DNA from: Adineta vaga
Lineage: Eukaryota; Animalia; Rotifera
Direction of reading: 5' to 3'
Assembly (NCBI GenBank): GCA_021613535.1
Contig: CP075492.1
Coordinates: 2,108,001-2,172,000 of the forward strand
Length of the DNA stretch: 64,000 nt
The notes beneath the pieces are model-generated. The model was not told the origin of the DNA. It worked only from the letters and a program-made list of their open reading frames with translations, and ran no database searches. Position numbers and translations under genes: made by a program. Below, piece by piece: positions 11,109 to 24,227 of this stretch (the stretch's first letter is position 1; every line of letters starts with the position of its first letter).

Positions 11109-14100
11109 ATGGAAACAATAAATCATATTCTACAATCTCTTCGACATTTTTTCATTCAAGTCAATGTATTTGAAACGGACGAAACGCATCAAGCAGTTCT
11201 ATATATTCAGCGATGGTCCACTCGAGTTTATATTTGTCTCCTTGTGTTCTTCATGTGCATTCTCATTGGTTACAATATAATAGTTCCGGAAACACAACAG
11301 ATAGAAGTGCAAAATCCGTCTCTCGATACCTATTTGAAATTGCAAAATGTTTATACGGATATTCAATGTATCTCCAAGGAAATATCGCTTCCTTATGGTT
11401 TATTTGTTGAATTGATTCCTTTCTACCATCCTATTTGTTCTAGCGATTTTATCTCACAGAATTGGATTGATATACTTTTTGACAATATGACGACCACACG
11501 CTATGCGGGTGATTTCCGGGCGACGAGTTTTAATCAGTTTCAAGTGTTGCGAGAATTATGTAAACAGTCAAAAACCATATTAAATGATGATTTTCAAACA
11601 TTCTATCAACAAGGTTTTATTTCCTCCCGTTTATTTACAGAGAATCTCATGAAAGCTACAGTTATGACCATGATTGATCAATTTCAATCGCAAAGCAGAG
11701 TGAATTTCGAACAAATCCTTTCCTTTACGCGCTATTTTGTGCTCACTAATGGTTTGATGCCGGGAATCCAAACGGCCCATAGTTTTGGCACTCTTTTCGG
11801 TTTACCAGCAGTTACATCCAATAATTATGTTCCCTTAGTACCTTTTACGTATGGTTGTGATTGCACTTTTTTCTTCAATTGTAGTTTGATAGCGGCATTC
11901 TATGATACAGAAGCACGCCATATAGAAGGAACTATTGGTTGGTGGTGGTTTGAATCAGATACACTAGGTTTCGTGGACAACTGGTATGTCGGATGTTGGG
12001 CCTTAGAATCTCTTTTACTTTCATCAGTCGATGCTAGCTTGTTATACAATCAAACTACACTTAATACTATCGGTACCTACTTTGAATCGTCGTCATCATC
12101 ATTTAAGCCACATGCTCTGAATAAAACGTCTAGAAAGAACAATCTCACTTTCAGCGATCTAGTTCAAAATTTATTTCTTGAAAATATGTCAATAAACATT
12201 AATTATTCCCTTTATTATGAACAATCTCAAGTACAATCTTGTTCTTATACAGTAAAACAACGTTCGAGTGTTCTCTACATAATCACTTCTATTCTTTCAC
12301 TCTATGGTGGTCTAACAGTTATTCTTCGATTACTTGTTCCCAAAATAGTTACTATCGCAATCAAATGGAGCACACGTGCAACGACCATTGCTACTGTCAT
12401 AGGTAAGCATAGATCTGTATATGAGGCGTTGCATAATGACCATCTTCTATATGGTTAGTATTTTTACAGTAGCTAGACTAAGCATGTTAGGAAGAAACTC
12501 GAAATTTTAGCTCAAACGAATAAGTTCCTCCACAAATACAGGCGTTACAAATGTCATGAGTAGGGAACATTTCGAGCACTTTTTTGTGTAATAATTCTCA
12601 CTCAATTTCACTGGTCGCTATGGATGTCTTAGATCAAAGCTAGTAGGAAAAAACCTATAAATTTAAAATTTCAGTTCAGTCGGATTTACTAGAGAGAACT
12701 TATGGAACACTGACTTTTCGTTCGTCTATCGTAGACCTCACAGCATTTTTTTACGTAGCCCTGACTAGGAAACATCACTGGGTTGATCAAGAAGGAGTAT
12801 ATAATGAAAAGATTCAAATTAGACATAAAACTTATGAATACGTACGCATTGATAGGTGCTTTCTATTCATACGCTAATTATAAGAAAATATGTACAGAAA
12901 GATATTGCGGTCCTCCTCAGGAATACGAAAAAAAAAATCAAATTTCGAATTCTGGGCTGATCCTTTGCGTGAGATGAAGGTCTTATCAACGGTAGCTTAT
13001 TGCGGAAACTTTAGCTCTTTTAGTCGCACTAAATCCGCAATTCAGAACAATAAGTTTTCAGTTTACTAAAAATGATTGAAAAAGTTTGAAAAATGAATAC
13101 TTCATAATGGGTCCCCAGCTGCATTTCCTAGTATAGTGAAACAAAACTTTTGAAAACAAAAATCGATACATCTCAATGTGCTCTTTCAAACGAGACTACT
13201 CTCGAAATGATCTAGGATGCCTATTCCAGAGATCCTCTTTTATCGTTCGTGAGATATTCATTCAAAATTGAGTGAGAATTATTATACAAAAAAGTGCTCA
13301 AAATATTCATTACTCATGAAGCTTGTAACGCTTATATCTGTGGAAGGACTTATTCGTTTAGGCCATACCAATCATATCGTAGATGGTCATTGAGCAACAT
13401 CAGGCGTAGCGTGCCTTGGTGTCAAGAGGATATCAAGTGAATCGCTCAAAGACTTCTTTTCTGCGTATTTTTTAGATGTACCTGAAACAACCATGAAAAC
13501 AACATTGGGTGAACGAAGCCGAGCGTTGCGAGGTCTTATTTGGGATTCACTCATTGAGTTAAATATGTTTAAATCACCATTTCAACAGCAGCCATCAGAT
13601 ATCAGAAAGCAACGGTTGACAACACGACTCTATATATGTGTACTGATTCTTGCATTTTTCATTCTGACATTGTTTACAAGCATGAATATTCAAGAAAAAG
13701 TGATTAATGTCAATGAACCGTCTTTCAGTGATGTCCTCTACTTACAGTCACAGAATGAATTCAATTCTTCTCTACATTGTCCGTGCACGCAGCTTACCAC
13801 TTCTTACAGACAAATTGTACGGCTTGAACCATTCTATCATCAAGTATGCATATGGGATACTTCAGCATGGGACTGGGGAGTTTATTTGAATAGTGGCTAT
13901 TTAATTGTGGGGCTAGGAACTGATGCACTCACCTTTAGTTCAAATGTCTTTAAAATCTTGTCAACAGTGTGCATGCTATCAAACAAGACTATTTTTAATT
14001 CATTAAAAACATTTGAACAAACACAACTGGTTACTGGTCAATTACTCACAGCCAAAACTTTTGAATACCAAATGACTTCGGTTATAGAACAGTTCAAATT

Positions 14101-16152
14101 AGAAACACTCATTACATTCCTTCGTTTTCTTCAATTGTTCCGAAATATTACATTTATTAATCAATATCTCAATGGTCGATTATCGAATTTTAAATATGAT
14201 ATATCGCCTGTCCTGTCGTTGTCAATCACTGGTTTTACCAATGGCAATTTATCATGTTCATGTGCACAAGATATAAATTGTAGAACACAATATGGCCTAT
14301 ATAGTCCTACAACCGGACAACGCGAGTCGTTCGCAGATGACTTTTATCAAGCTTGCTGGCCAGTTGAGTCACTTCTTCAATCGTCCCTTCAGTGTTTCTT
14401 TGATGATCAAGACTGCTTTGCTAGAGTGAAGAATACTTATGGAGTTAGTTTACCTAATATCAAGCCACTCAATTCTTCGCTAAAGAGCCGGTATTCAACC
14501 AACACTTCCATTAGTATTCTACTCACAGAATTATTTGTTGAATATTGGAATCAGTCTTTAAATTATTCCTCCTATTTCGATCAATGCCATCCAGTATTAT
14601 GTACTTACAAAATTTCTCGACGTAATAATCTTCTCGAAACTATAATAATTATAATTGGTCTAGTCGGTGGGTTGTTCGCAATTCTGCGTATCCTGGTTTC
14701 TTTATTTGTGACGATATGTTTCTATTTTATTGGGCGACAACAACAATCATCTCCATCATCACTATTTATAACAACTGCACAACAGGGTAAGATATTGAGG
14801 ATGACGGTGTAAATGAGAGCTTATTGTCGGAAGAAGCATGATATCAATGAATCACGAGAAACTTTATTTTAGGTGTTTGTTCATCGCGACTTATGACGAT
14901 CTTGATCTTTGCTCGAAATCGGTTAACAACACTGAATGCATTCAGTAATACCAGTAACTCGGTCAACGTTGAACGACAACAACAGCGAATAACCCTTTTC
15001 TACTTGCCTATTCTCTTAATAATATTATGTGCTCTTACAATCTACAATTCGTTGCTCTATTCAACGAGTACATTTGCAATAACTAGTCCATCATTCCTAG
15101 AATATCAACAATTGCAAGAGCGTTATGGATCACATGCTCTCAATTGCCCATGTTCGCAGCTATCAATGACGTATGGCTCGTTAATTGAGCTTGAGTGTCA
15201 CTTTCATCAGGTGATCGATAGTCAATTTATTTCAGAGTCTTATCTACAAGAACTATTTCAAGTTTATAACGGCTTAGACACCGTTAATGCGCCACATAAT
15301 GCTTATACACTTGAAGGCACTATTTTTTCTCATTTTCAAGCTCTTCGTGTATTGTTAAGTCTAATTAAAGATGCTGCCGAGGACGGCATTGAACGGTATC
15401 TTACTTCATCTGTTATTTTTATCTCGATGCTCGACTCCAATACATTGTCGTTAGAATTGAATGCATCACTAGCTAATTTCAAATTAACATTGCCTAACGC
15501 GTTTCTCAATTCTTTCGACTTAATTCGTAGCATAGGACAAGCCAATGGTTTCGTATCTGGCTATGCTACAAACTGGTATCTTTTCGCTCCCGATGAGACC
15601 GGTACAAATGGCGAGAAGCTTTATTTTCACCCACAAACCTATGGCAGCAACTGTACTTGTGCGACATCAGCCTCATGTACTCAACCATCAATTCCTTTCA
15701 TAACAGGCTATGTTGTTGGTTGTACACCACTTGAAGCACTTCTTCGCAGTTCAATCGAGTGTCTATATACACAAACGTGTATCAATCAGCTTGCTGTTTT
15801 CTTGAATATATCATCTCAACCTAAATCATTAAATAGCAGTCAAACTCGATTTTTCATCACGGATACTATTGAATCAATTGTGCAAGAAATGTTCATTGAA
15901 ACATGTTCCTCCAATGTTCTCTACGATAAATTCTTTGCACAATGTCATCCTCTTACTTGTACCATTACACTCGTCAAACGAAATAGTCCGACTAATGTGC
16001 TTGTCACAATGATTGCTTTGTACGGTGGACTCACGAAGTTTCTTAAACTTCTTATTCCTATTTTCTTCTCAATTATCTATAACGTAGTCTTAAAATACAA
16101 ACAACAAGCACAAATGCGAGTGAGTTCAATATCTCCGGTAGAAAATACATGA
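11109..16152 (+). CDS. Uncharacterised membrane protein with three tandem TM-Cys-rich loop-TM units (exons 11109-12402, 13476-14786, 14873-16152)
   Basis: Three homologous ~430-aa ORFs (TRxYI TM1; CPC; CxC; GC..ESLLxS; LFxE; C.P..C.Y; LYGGL TM2) joined by phase-1 GT-AG introns; only the last ends at a natural stop. Confidence 0.85.
12510..13363. mobile_element. Non-autonomous DNA transposon with ~100-bp imperfect TIRs, in intron 1 of the membrane-protein gene
   Basis: AAACGAATAAGTTCCTCCACA...ATAATTCTCACTCAATTT mirrored by AAATTGAGTGAGAATTAT...TGTGGAAGGACTTATTCGTTT; superfamily not assigned. Confidence 0.7.
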
Positions 16153-16476
16153 ACAGCTTTATATACTGAACAATTACTTAACCTCATCTGGTCACTGAAA
16201 TTTCTTCACTATTAACATATTGCTTCGTTTGTATAATTTTTATCTTATCAAATATCATCATGTCTTTTATTGTCTGCATTGTATGTCATCGGCTTAAAAT
16301 ATATTTTAAATAAATTTCCCCTTACACCCAAGATCTGTTTATTTAAATTGGAAATTTTAATATGTTAGGATGTATGATTATTGTTCTTTCTTTCCTTCTG
16401 TATTATATGGACTTTACCTATAGTTTTGATGGATCTTTCCATTTTTTTAAATATATATATAAGATGCACATAAAGC

Positions 16477-17147
16477 ACGGTTAAAGTGAAAAAGAAAAAT
16501 TGCCGTTTGTTTTAGCCTATCCGATAGAGAATTTGACGCTGATCACGAATATGTGTCTTTTACGTTTTTTGAAAGCTTTTTTTCGATCGGAAAAATTCAA
16601 AAACTTCGGACTACTCTAAAAAGTGAAAAAATCAAGTTTTCAAACAAATGGCGCTAGTCTGTTTCCTTTTGAGTTTCGCATCTCGAAACTAAGTTTTTCA
16701 GATTCAGAATTGAAAACTGAATCTGAAACTCTAAGTTTGAAAGTGCCAGAGCAAGAAATGGATTTTTCAAAGGGCCCAAAACAGGCACGACTAAAAACCC
16801 GAACCGATCTGGCAAAGCTAACACCACTTTTTCCTGAGCACCTAAAAGCAATATTTTGACGTGGTTCGATTCGCCGGATGCTCCTCTTCAAAAGTATACG
16901 TCCACATTTTTGAAATTTTTTTTCTTCGCTGAGAAAATCGACTTTTACTGAGCACACCTCTTAAACAGCCAAGTCCTTTTCCGATATCTTTTGCGAATCT
17001 TGCTCTGAATGTGTTGAAAACAGGCGTAAGGAGGTTGAAACTGATGCTGCTGCTGCCGAACCTTTCGGGGAGGTGGGAAACGGGGGGTGGGGGAGGGTGT
17101 TAATGGGTTTTCAGAGGGTTTTGCCAAGATTTCAAGACGGAACCGTG
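16477..17147. mobile_element. Possible Transib-like non-autonomous element
   Basis: Short TIR CACGGTT / AACCGTG; internal GACGCTGATCACGAATATG motif typical of non-autonomous DNA elements; TSD not convincing. Confidence 0.3.
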
Positions 17148-17180
17148 TTAGGTGGTGTTATGATTCTCAACTTTAGTTAA

Positions 17181-19620
17181 CCCTCGAACGGTATCCCCAT
17201 TTTATCACACGAATGGTCTTTGTGGGTCCAGAGAGACCCACATAAAAATAAGTTAGATAAACTTGATTTTTCATCAATTCTGTAGTAGATGCGGTTTATT
17301 ACACCTTATACCCTACGTTTTATCAAAGTGTGAATATATTAGTATGTCTGTAATGTATAAAAGCGACGGGTTTTTTTCATGAAAGTTTTTGAAAAAAGGT
17401 TATGATAGGATTTTAATTTTAAAATGATACTGAATGAATAATAGATATGATTGCAATATGAATAGTGAATATCTTTGTATATATATATATATAATTTATT
17501 TATGATCTCGTGTATAAAAACTAAAAACGCTTTCTTTTATTCTTAATAATCGATAAAAAAACATCAACATCAATATCATGCTAAAAAAATTAAGTTCTGC
17601 TTGTATAGTGATGTTAGTCAAGTTTCATGTTGTTGAATCATTTTTCTGCACATGAACGACAAATGACACTGGTGAAACTGGATGAATGAGATCTGCAGAC
17701 ATTATGTTTACATATGTCACAAACTTGTTGTACTTTACGGCCAGGATGCGATGGACACATATAACACCGTCGTTTTCGTTTAACAGATTTTTCCATATGT
17801 ACTTGATTTATCGATAATTTCGGCTTTAACACAAAACCAAGAGATTGTAATGCAAGTTTTACTTCTAATGTATGACCAGATTGTTCACTACGACGTATAT
17901 TCTGAGGAATTGTTAATGATCTTCCGAGCTCTTCTAAGAAAAGACGTCGAACATGTTTTCGTTGATTATGCCAATTTGGATTTTTACATAACCTTAAAGT
18001 CATTGCATTGATCGCTGCAATATCGATTAAATTAAAAAACACAATCATAGGCCATCTTTTACTTATTCTACGAACTGTGTAACCGTTGATACATTGATCC
18101 ATCACATCCACTCCGAATTTTGTTTGATTATAATCATGTATCATAACAGGCAGTTTCGTTTCATCGTCGAACACCTCAGGAATGTTGTGCAGAGTTGATA
18201 ATAAAATAATTGGTGGTTTCTTCTCTTTTGCTTGATAAGACAATAGTGTACGTGCATCAGAAAAGAAAAACCAAGAAGAGTAAAGATTATTTCGAACAAT
18301 TTTTAATTCACCAGGAACAAATGAACGTTTGTGATTAACAACACCTAATGAAGTCATTTTTCTTTCAAGTAAACCATTAGCTAAGTCGAAACTAGTAAAA
18401 TATCGATCGTAAGTTACGTTACGACCTTGCTTCACTTGATCAGATAATTTATCAATCAAACGTAAAACAACATCTGTAGAAAGGTTTCGTTGAATCACAT
18501 TATTTATTTTACCAGCATATATTTCTAATGCTAGAGTGTATCTAACATCAACATCACATAGAAGCCAAAACTTAATTCCGTATTTACTTGGTTTATTGGG
18601 CATATATTGAACAAAGGAACATCGACCACGGAATGGTACCAGTTGTTCATCAACTGTTACATTATCACCTGGAATAAAATGTCGAGGTAATTGGTTTGCA
18701 AAAGATTCAACAATATATCGAATTGGAGCCAGCCGATCAGATTTATTACGTTTTAGACGATCATCAAATCGTATAAATCGTAAAAGATTTTGGAACCGTT
18801 TCAATGTCATTGTAGCATGATATAAAGGACAATTTTTGCTAATATCCCATAATTCATCAATAGATCGATGACTCATATGTGCAGTACCAGCTTGAATTAA
18901 TAAACCGAGAAGAGCTTCTAATTCAATACGATCGAGTTCCTTCCATTGAATTAATTTTAATTTATAAATACCAGCATTTCGTTTTTGATTTAATTGATTA
19001 TAATATCTTCGTGCATAATTATTTGTGTGTAATACTATTGCATCTAATATTTCATCGATCAAGAAGAGCTTGAAAGCATCAACTATTGTATTAACAGAAG
19101 TAACAGCACCTGATTTCTTCTTGATAATGTTAGTAGCCCGAAGACGACCATGATTTGTGCTACATTCTTTTGTCCATCGAATACCATTTTTTTCTAATGA
19201 ATCAGGTTGAGTATTGTTATTGATATCATTATCGGTAGCATAAGAATCAGATGAGTCATCATCTTTCGAAATATATTCATCAATGGATGTGTCATTGGAT
19301 TCTGTTTCAGATCCACAATAATCTGAATCTGAATCAGAACCCGATTTATCATCCTCAGAAACAGTGTTATCAAGATCATCATTATCATTTCTAAGATAGA
19401 TCTCTCGGATCCTTTTTAGATTCGTTTTACTAGTCATTTTTTATCTGAAAAACTAAGAAATTATTGAATTGTGTATATAAACAATCACTGAAGTTTTCAG
19501 ACTAATTATTTTCAGCGTGAAAATTTAGGATACGATTATTGTGATGATCACGAACCATGAAGAGAGAAATATTTTGAAGAAGTATAACAAAATCGTCAGA
19601 AAAATATTTAAGAATGTAAA
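17181..19620 (-). mobile_element. piggyBac transposon with only one terminus retained
   Basis: TTAA (17177-17180) followed by CCCTCGAACGG and a GGGTCC..GACCC subterminal palindrome downstream of the transposase; no matching GGG-TTAA end seen upstream. Confidence 0.8.
17638..19437 (-). CDS. piggyBac transposase, apparently intact (599 aa)
   Basis: Acidic N-terminus; DDD triad VTVDEQL / VTYDRYFTS / GVDVMDQ; YMPNKPSKYGIK; C-terminal Cys-rich domain RCYMC...CDICKHNVCRSH...CRSC. Confidence 0.95.
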   Translation of the reverse strand: MTSKTNLKRIREIYLRNDNDDLDNTVSEDDKSGSDSDSDYCGSETESNDTSIDEYISKDDDSSDSYATDNDINNNTQPDSLEKNGIRWTKECSTNHGRLRATNIIKKKSGAVTSVNTIVDAFKLFLIDEILDAIVLHTNNYARRYYNQLNQKRNAGIYKLKLIQWKELDRIELEALLGLLIQAGTAHMSHRSIDELWDISKNCPLYHATMTLKRFQNLLRFIRFDDRLKRNKSDRLAPIRYIVESFANQLPRHFIPGDNVTVDEQLVPFRGRCSFVQYMPNKPSKYGIKFWLLCDVDVRYTLALEIYAGKINNVIQRNLSTDVVLRLIDKLSDQVKQGRNVTYDRYFTSFDLANGLLERKMTSLGVVNHKRSFVPGELKIVRNNLYSSWFFFSDARTLLSYQAKEKKPPIILLSTLHNIPEVFDDETKLPVMIHDYNQTKFGVDVMDQCINGYTVRRISKRWPMIVFFNLIDIAAINAMTLRLCKNPNWHNQRKHVRRLFLEELGRSLTIPQNIRRSEQSGHTLEVKLALQSLGFVLKPKLSINQVHMEKSVKRKRRCYMCPSHPGRKVQQVCDICKHNVCRSHSSSFTSVICRSCAEK

Positions 19621-19649
19621 TAATTTACTATTGGTAGTGTTGTACTAAC

Positions 19650-21833
19650 GAATCTGGATTCAATGACTCTTTATCAGCTTGGATTACTCCTGAGTCATTA
19701 TCATCACCGGCCGGTGATTCCGGTTTACTTGTACTTCAAGACATGCCACCAATTCGAGCGGGAGAGGATGCATTACATTTGGAAGTAACTAATGATAATC
19801 AACAACACAATTATTTAACTACGGAAGATATAGGCGAAATAAAAGGTGCTTCATTAACTGCTGGTGTTGTAATTCAACCTGTTTCTTCTTGAAGTTCAGA
19901 ATCGGGTATGTTTTCTATTGTTTGAAAGAAGATCTAATAAATAGTTTACAGGTGTTCATACATTTGATCTTGGTCAGAATATTGCTGGATGGTGTCGTTT
20001 ACGATTTCTTGGTCCACCAGGTTATGGTACATATATACGTCACGGAGAATCATTAGTTCAAGGAACTGTTGGAAATAAGTAATCAATGATTTATTTTTCG
20101 ATCTTGTATGATCATAATTTAATTTTAGTCAACCTACTAAAAATATTTACACAGAAAATCTTCGTGAAGCTGTTGCATCGGACACTTACATTCTTCATGG
20201 TGATCCAGTTTTTGAAATTTATGAGCCAACGTATGACATTTCTTTAGTATTTGTTTTCATTTCAGTTGGTATTTTCTTTAGTTTTACTTATCATGGTTTT
20301 CGTTATATATCTGTATATGGTTCACCCAATCCATTGGCTCTCGATGATGTTGAATGTCCTTTCGTACATAGTGAAACAACATTAAAAGGTAATTTCACTT
20401 CGAGCAATCCCATTATTAATCAAATTCAACATAATGTTCAATGGGGTCAATTAAGTAACTCAATGTCTTTACCTACTGATTGGTAAGTTTGATTGATAGA
20501 ATATTTTTCTTCTGAATTCTATTGTTTTAGTCCACAACGTAATGAACGTCGAGGATGGATGGGAGATGCAGCACTAACAGTCAATGAAGCCTTATATAAT
20601 TTTGATTTAGTCAAATTTTATCTAAATTTTCTTAATTTAATCTGTGATGTTCAATTACCCGATGGACAAGTTCCAGATTTCGTACCTGGATCCAGTTATA
20701 ATCCCGATCCAAATTGGGGAACTGCATTACCAACAATAGCTTGGCAAGTTTATCGACATACGAATGACTCATCACTTCTCGAACCTTATTATGACAATGT
20801 TCGTGCTTACGTAGAATATATTCGTAAGGGATATAATCAAACTGGTCTTGTTAATTTATTCTGCAAATATGGTGATTGGGTTCCACCACCACCATTTGGT
20901 CAAACTAATAGAGCTCTTATATCATCATTTGCTTTTCTTCATGATGTTAATATTCTATTAAATATGTCTCAAGTGTTGAGAAAAACGAGTGATACTGCCA
21001 TATATTCAGCATTTTATGAACAACTTACCCAAGAATTTCATCGTGTCTTTTTTAATAATGCAACAAACACTTATGCTGATGGAATGCAAGCAGCTCAAGT
21101 CTTAGCTTTGGCATTACCTGGTGTTGTACCACCTAATGTACGTGGTGTTGTTGTCGATAATCTCGTCACAGATATTAGCAAACAAGGAAATCATGTAACA
21201 ACAGGCATTGTCTCTAATGCTCAAATCTATCCTGTTTTATCTGATAATGGACATCATGATTTAGCACTTGAAGTAGTTACATCAATAACATATCCATCTT
21301 ACGGTTATATGTTTAACAATCCTTATGAAAATGCCACCACTATTTGGGAATTATGGAATGCTCCACTTACAGGACCAGGCATGAATTCACGTAATCATCA
21401 TATGTATTCTACTGTTGGTACATGGTTTTATACTCATTTAGCTGGTATTGATTTTACATCAGATGCAATCATTATTCGACCACGAATGGCTTCTGAAGCT
21501 AAAAAACATTTGATGAAAAAATTAGATTGTCAATTAAGTACATTATATGGTCTTGTACATGTTTCATATACTCGTGATGAACGTGATACAATTGCTAATT
21601 CCATTTTACTTCGTGTTACAATACCACCAAATGCACAAGCTCGTATTATGTTTGAACCATTATTTCCTGGTGCACAATGCAAAACATTGATTGAAGGTAA
21701 CAAAATAATATGGTCATCAGGTGTTACTATTGCAAATAATCAAGAATTTCAAATTGAAAAAGATTTAACAACAAATTTATTGAGTGTACATGTTGGTTCA
21801 GGTCAATATGAATTTCATGCAGTGTGGAATTAA
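19650..21833 (+). pseudogene. Alpha-L-rhamnosidase (GH78, bacterial type) with spliceosomal introns; 5'-truncated, nonsense TGA at 19890-19892
   Basis: Motifs FDLGQNIAGW, TFTYHGFRY, PTDCPQRNERRGWMGD, YGDW, ATTIWELWN, MNSRNHHM; several ~50-nt GT-AG introns; 5' end abuts the piggyBac. Confidence 0.9.
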
Positions 21834-21955
21834 ATAGACTAAATTTTCAAAGAAATTTAACAATAGATGTATTCTTTGTATTTCTAATAATTTAACAAAA
21901 TGATTTATATCAATCGATAAACAAAACCTCATAAATGATAGAGAAAAAGAGATTT

Positions 21956-22118
21956 TCATAAAGATTTATTTATCGATATTTTTTTTGAAAGTGAGGATAT
22001 CTTCTTCAATTTGATAAATACTTTCCTATAAATATCAAGTGCTTGATTGAATTTTGCTTGCTTATGAAACAACTTGCCAATATTGTAATATGTTGCAACA
22101 ATACTTTTATCAATGGAA
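21956..22118 (-). pseudogene. 3' fragment of a TPR-repeat gene
   Basis: SIVATYYNIGKLFHKQAKFNQALDIYRK is a TPR motif; cut on its 5' side by a telomere scar. Confidence 0.6.
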
Positions 22119-22170
22119 AGTGGTGGATGTGGGTGTCTCCTCATCACTTTAACCCACACCCACCCTCAAT
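22119..22170. repeat. Head-to-head telomere-repeat scar joining the TPR fragment to the MULE
   Basis: GTGGTGGATGTGGGTGT-CTCCTCATCACTTTAA-CCCACACCCACCCTCAAT. Confidence 0.75.
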
Positions 22171-24227
22171 AAACCAATGTACTTGAAGTAGTTCTATTTC
22201 CCCCACCTAAATGGGTGATTCTGTGTGATGCTAAACTTTCTTCATCCTTTAACAAGTGCAAAAAGCCCCAAATCGATGGATGTAATCCAAATCGTGTTAA
22301 TAGCCGAAAATTGTATCCTAAAGAAATTAGAGAAATACAAATGAAGGTATAAAGGTATATGAAACGATTACCCTCAAGGGAGTTGTTGGTTTTCATGTCA
22401 TTGTTGCCATGATGCCATAAATCCATCGAAGTACGTTCCATGTATTTCTTTTGAAAAAATTTTCAAGAATTTATTATATCTTTGATCAGTTGAAGGAATT
22501 GTTTGAACCATGAATTAATCAATGGATCAGTCTCATACGGAATTGTGAGTTCAATACTTTGGATCTTTCTCCATAGAGCTTGAACGAAACGATACCAACA
22601 ATATTTAACATCAACATTTGGAAACTTGAAATAAAAATAAAATAAACTTAACGAAAAACATTCGACTTATATATGATTACTGCTTCATGAGATGAATTAA
22701 TCATCGCTCGTTCGAAATCCATCACATATTGTTCTAGTTTCCATTCGATCTGCATGTTTTTAGCAATCTCTATTAGCTTTTTGCAAATAGCATCATATAC
22801 GGGCTGAGCTTTTGATGACGTTAAGCACTATACAAGAGGAATTATTAATAAAAGAGAGAAACCGACAAAGATCGAATAATCATTTAAGAACCTTGAAATG
22901 GCAAAAGTCCGTCATATGACTCGTACTTACCTTCGCCATAGAATTTGCCCATTAGAATATAAACCTGTTGAAAGAGCAATGGACGAGTTTTGAACGTTCC
23001 GTCACAAAGAACGATAGTGGAATTGAATAAAGCAGATAATAATTTTGGTGTACTGTACATCAATAATCGTCCATCAAATTTTTCTTTTGTTCCATCATAA
23101 ATTACGAAATTTTCTGCACGATTGTTTATACTGTAATAATGTGGAATATCAAAATCTTGTGTTTTTTGAAGCGCAGGATAACGACGTGACCGTTTCCTAT
23201 AAAAAGCACTAGCTAGAATCTAATTTAAAAAGCATAGCTAGTCATAAGTAAATGTAACTGTTGAAAATTTACCTGCTGTTCTAGGAAGATGTATGTTTGA
23301 TTGTTCTTCATCAGTCAAATTTGCTTCTGCATATATACGTTCAATTACTCGCAGAACAGCAGTTGGTTCAGCAGCAAGTCTATGATCAATTATTTGATTC
23401 AATATCTTTTGTTTCATATTAAATTTATCTGGAGGATGGTTGTGGTTAACATCATTAGTATCAGTGAATGAATGTGTATCTAAAGTTAAATGTACAATTG
23501 CACCACACTTTGTATCACGTCGTTGACATCTAAGGTTCAATATATTTTCCCCCTCTGATTTGGACATATAAATATAACTGAAATTGCCCATAACTAAACA
23601 GTACTGTTTTTTTCTTGTCGTTATCCATTGTAATTTATCCTTTTCTATTGGCCATGAATTCGATGTTTGTGTTAATATCGATGGTAACACAACTGCATCA
23701 GGATATGTGTCATCTGGCTGTACTACTTGCTCATTTTCTTCAAGATTTAAAGTATTGATTAAAATTTGTTGCTGTAAATGAAGATTATGATCGAAATTAT
23801 CACCTTCAGAATCACTTGGATTATTTATTAAATATGATGTTCCAAGATATTTATTATTATCATCATCAACTACTTCTAATGAAAGAACTCCTGAAAGACT
23901 AAGTAGTGGAGATGATAGGGATTGTACACCTTCATTGTTACATTGATCGTCTTCTATTTCTATTGTATGAACATGTGATGTTGTTGATGTATATGAAACA
24001 GGCACTGATTCAACAACAACAGGATCGATTTTTAGCAATGTAAAAGAAGAAGTAGCCGTTGTGCTAGAATTTGCTAATGTATGTTCATTGTTATCATTAA
24101 TTTCATCATTTCTTTTTCGTTTTCGTTTACTACTTTTTTCTGTTGAAGAAGATGATTTCACTATTTGTCCAGATTTAGCTGCTGTTTCATTTCGAAGTAA
24201 ACGACATTTTGACTCGGTATTCACCAT
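22166..24227 (-). mobile_element. MULE (Mutator-like) transposase pseudogene with introns and a FLYWCH-like domain; 3'-truncated
   Basis: LRCQRRDTKC...HNHPP; VLCDGTFKTRPLLFQQVYI; MDFERAMIN; TNNSLEG; in-frame TAG near 22829. Confidence 0.85.

Noticed and set aside
17065-17110. G-rich run resembling a telomere tract
   Set aside because: No TGTGGG/TGAGGG periodicity; it lies inside a probable non-autonomous DNA element.
16623-17127. Several overlapping 60-105 aa ORFs
   Set aside because: No recognisable motifs; they overlap on both strands within a repeat-like element.
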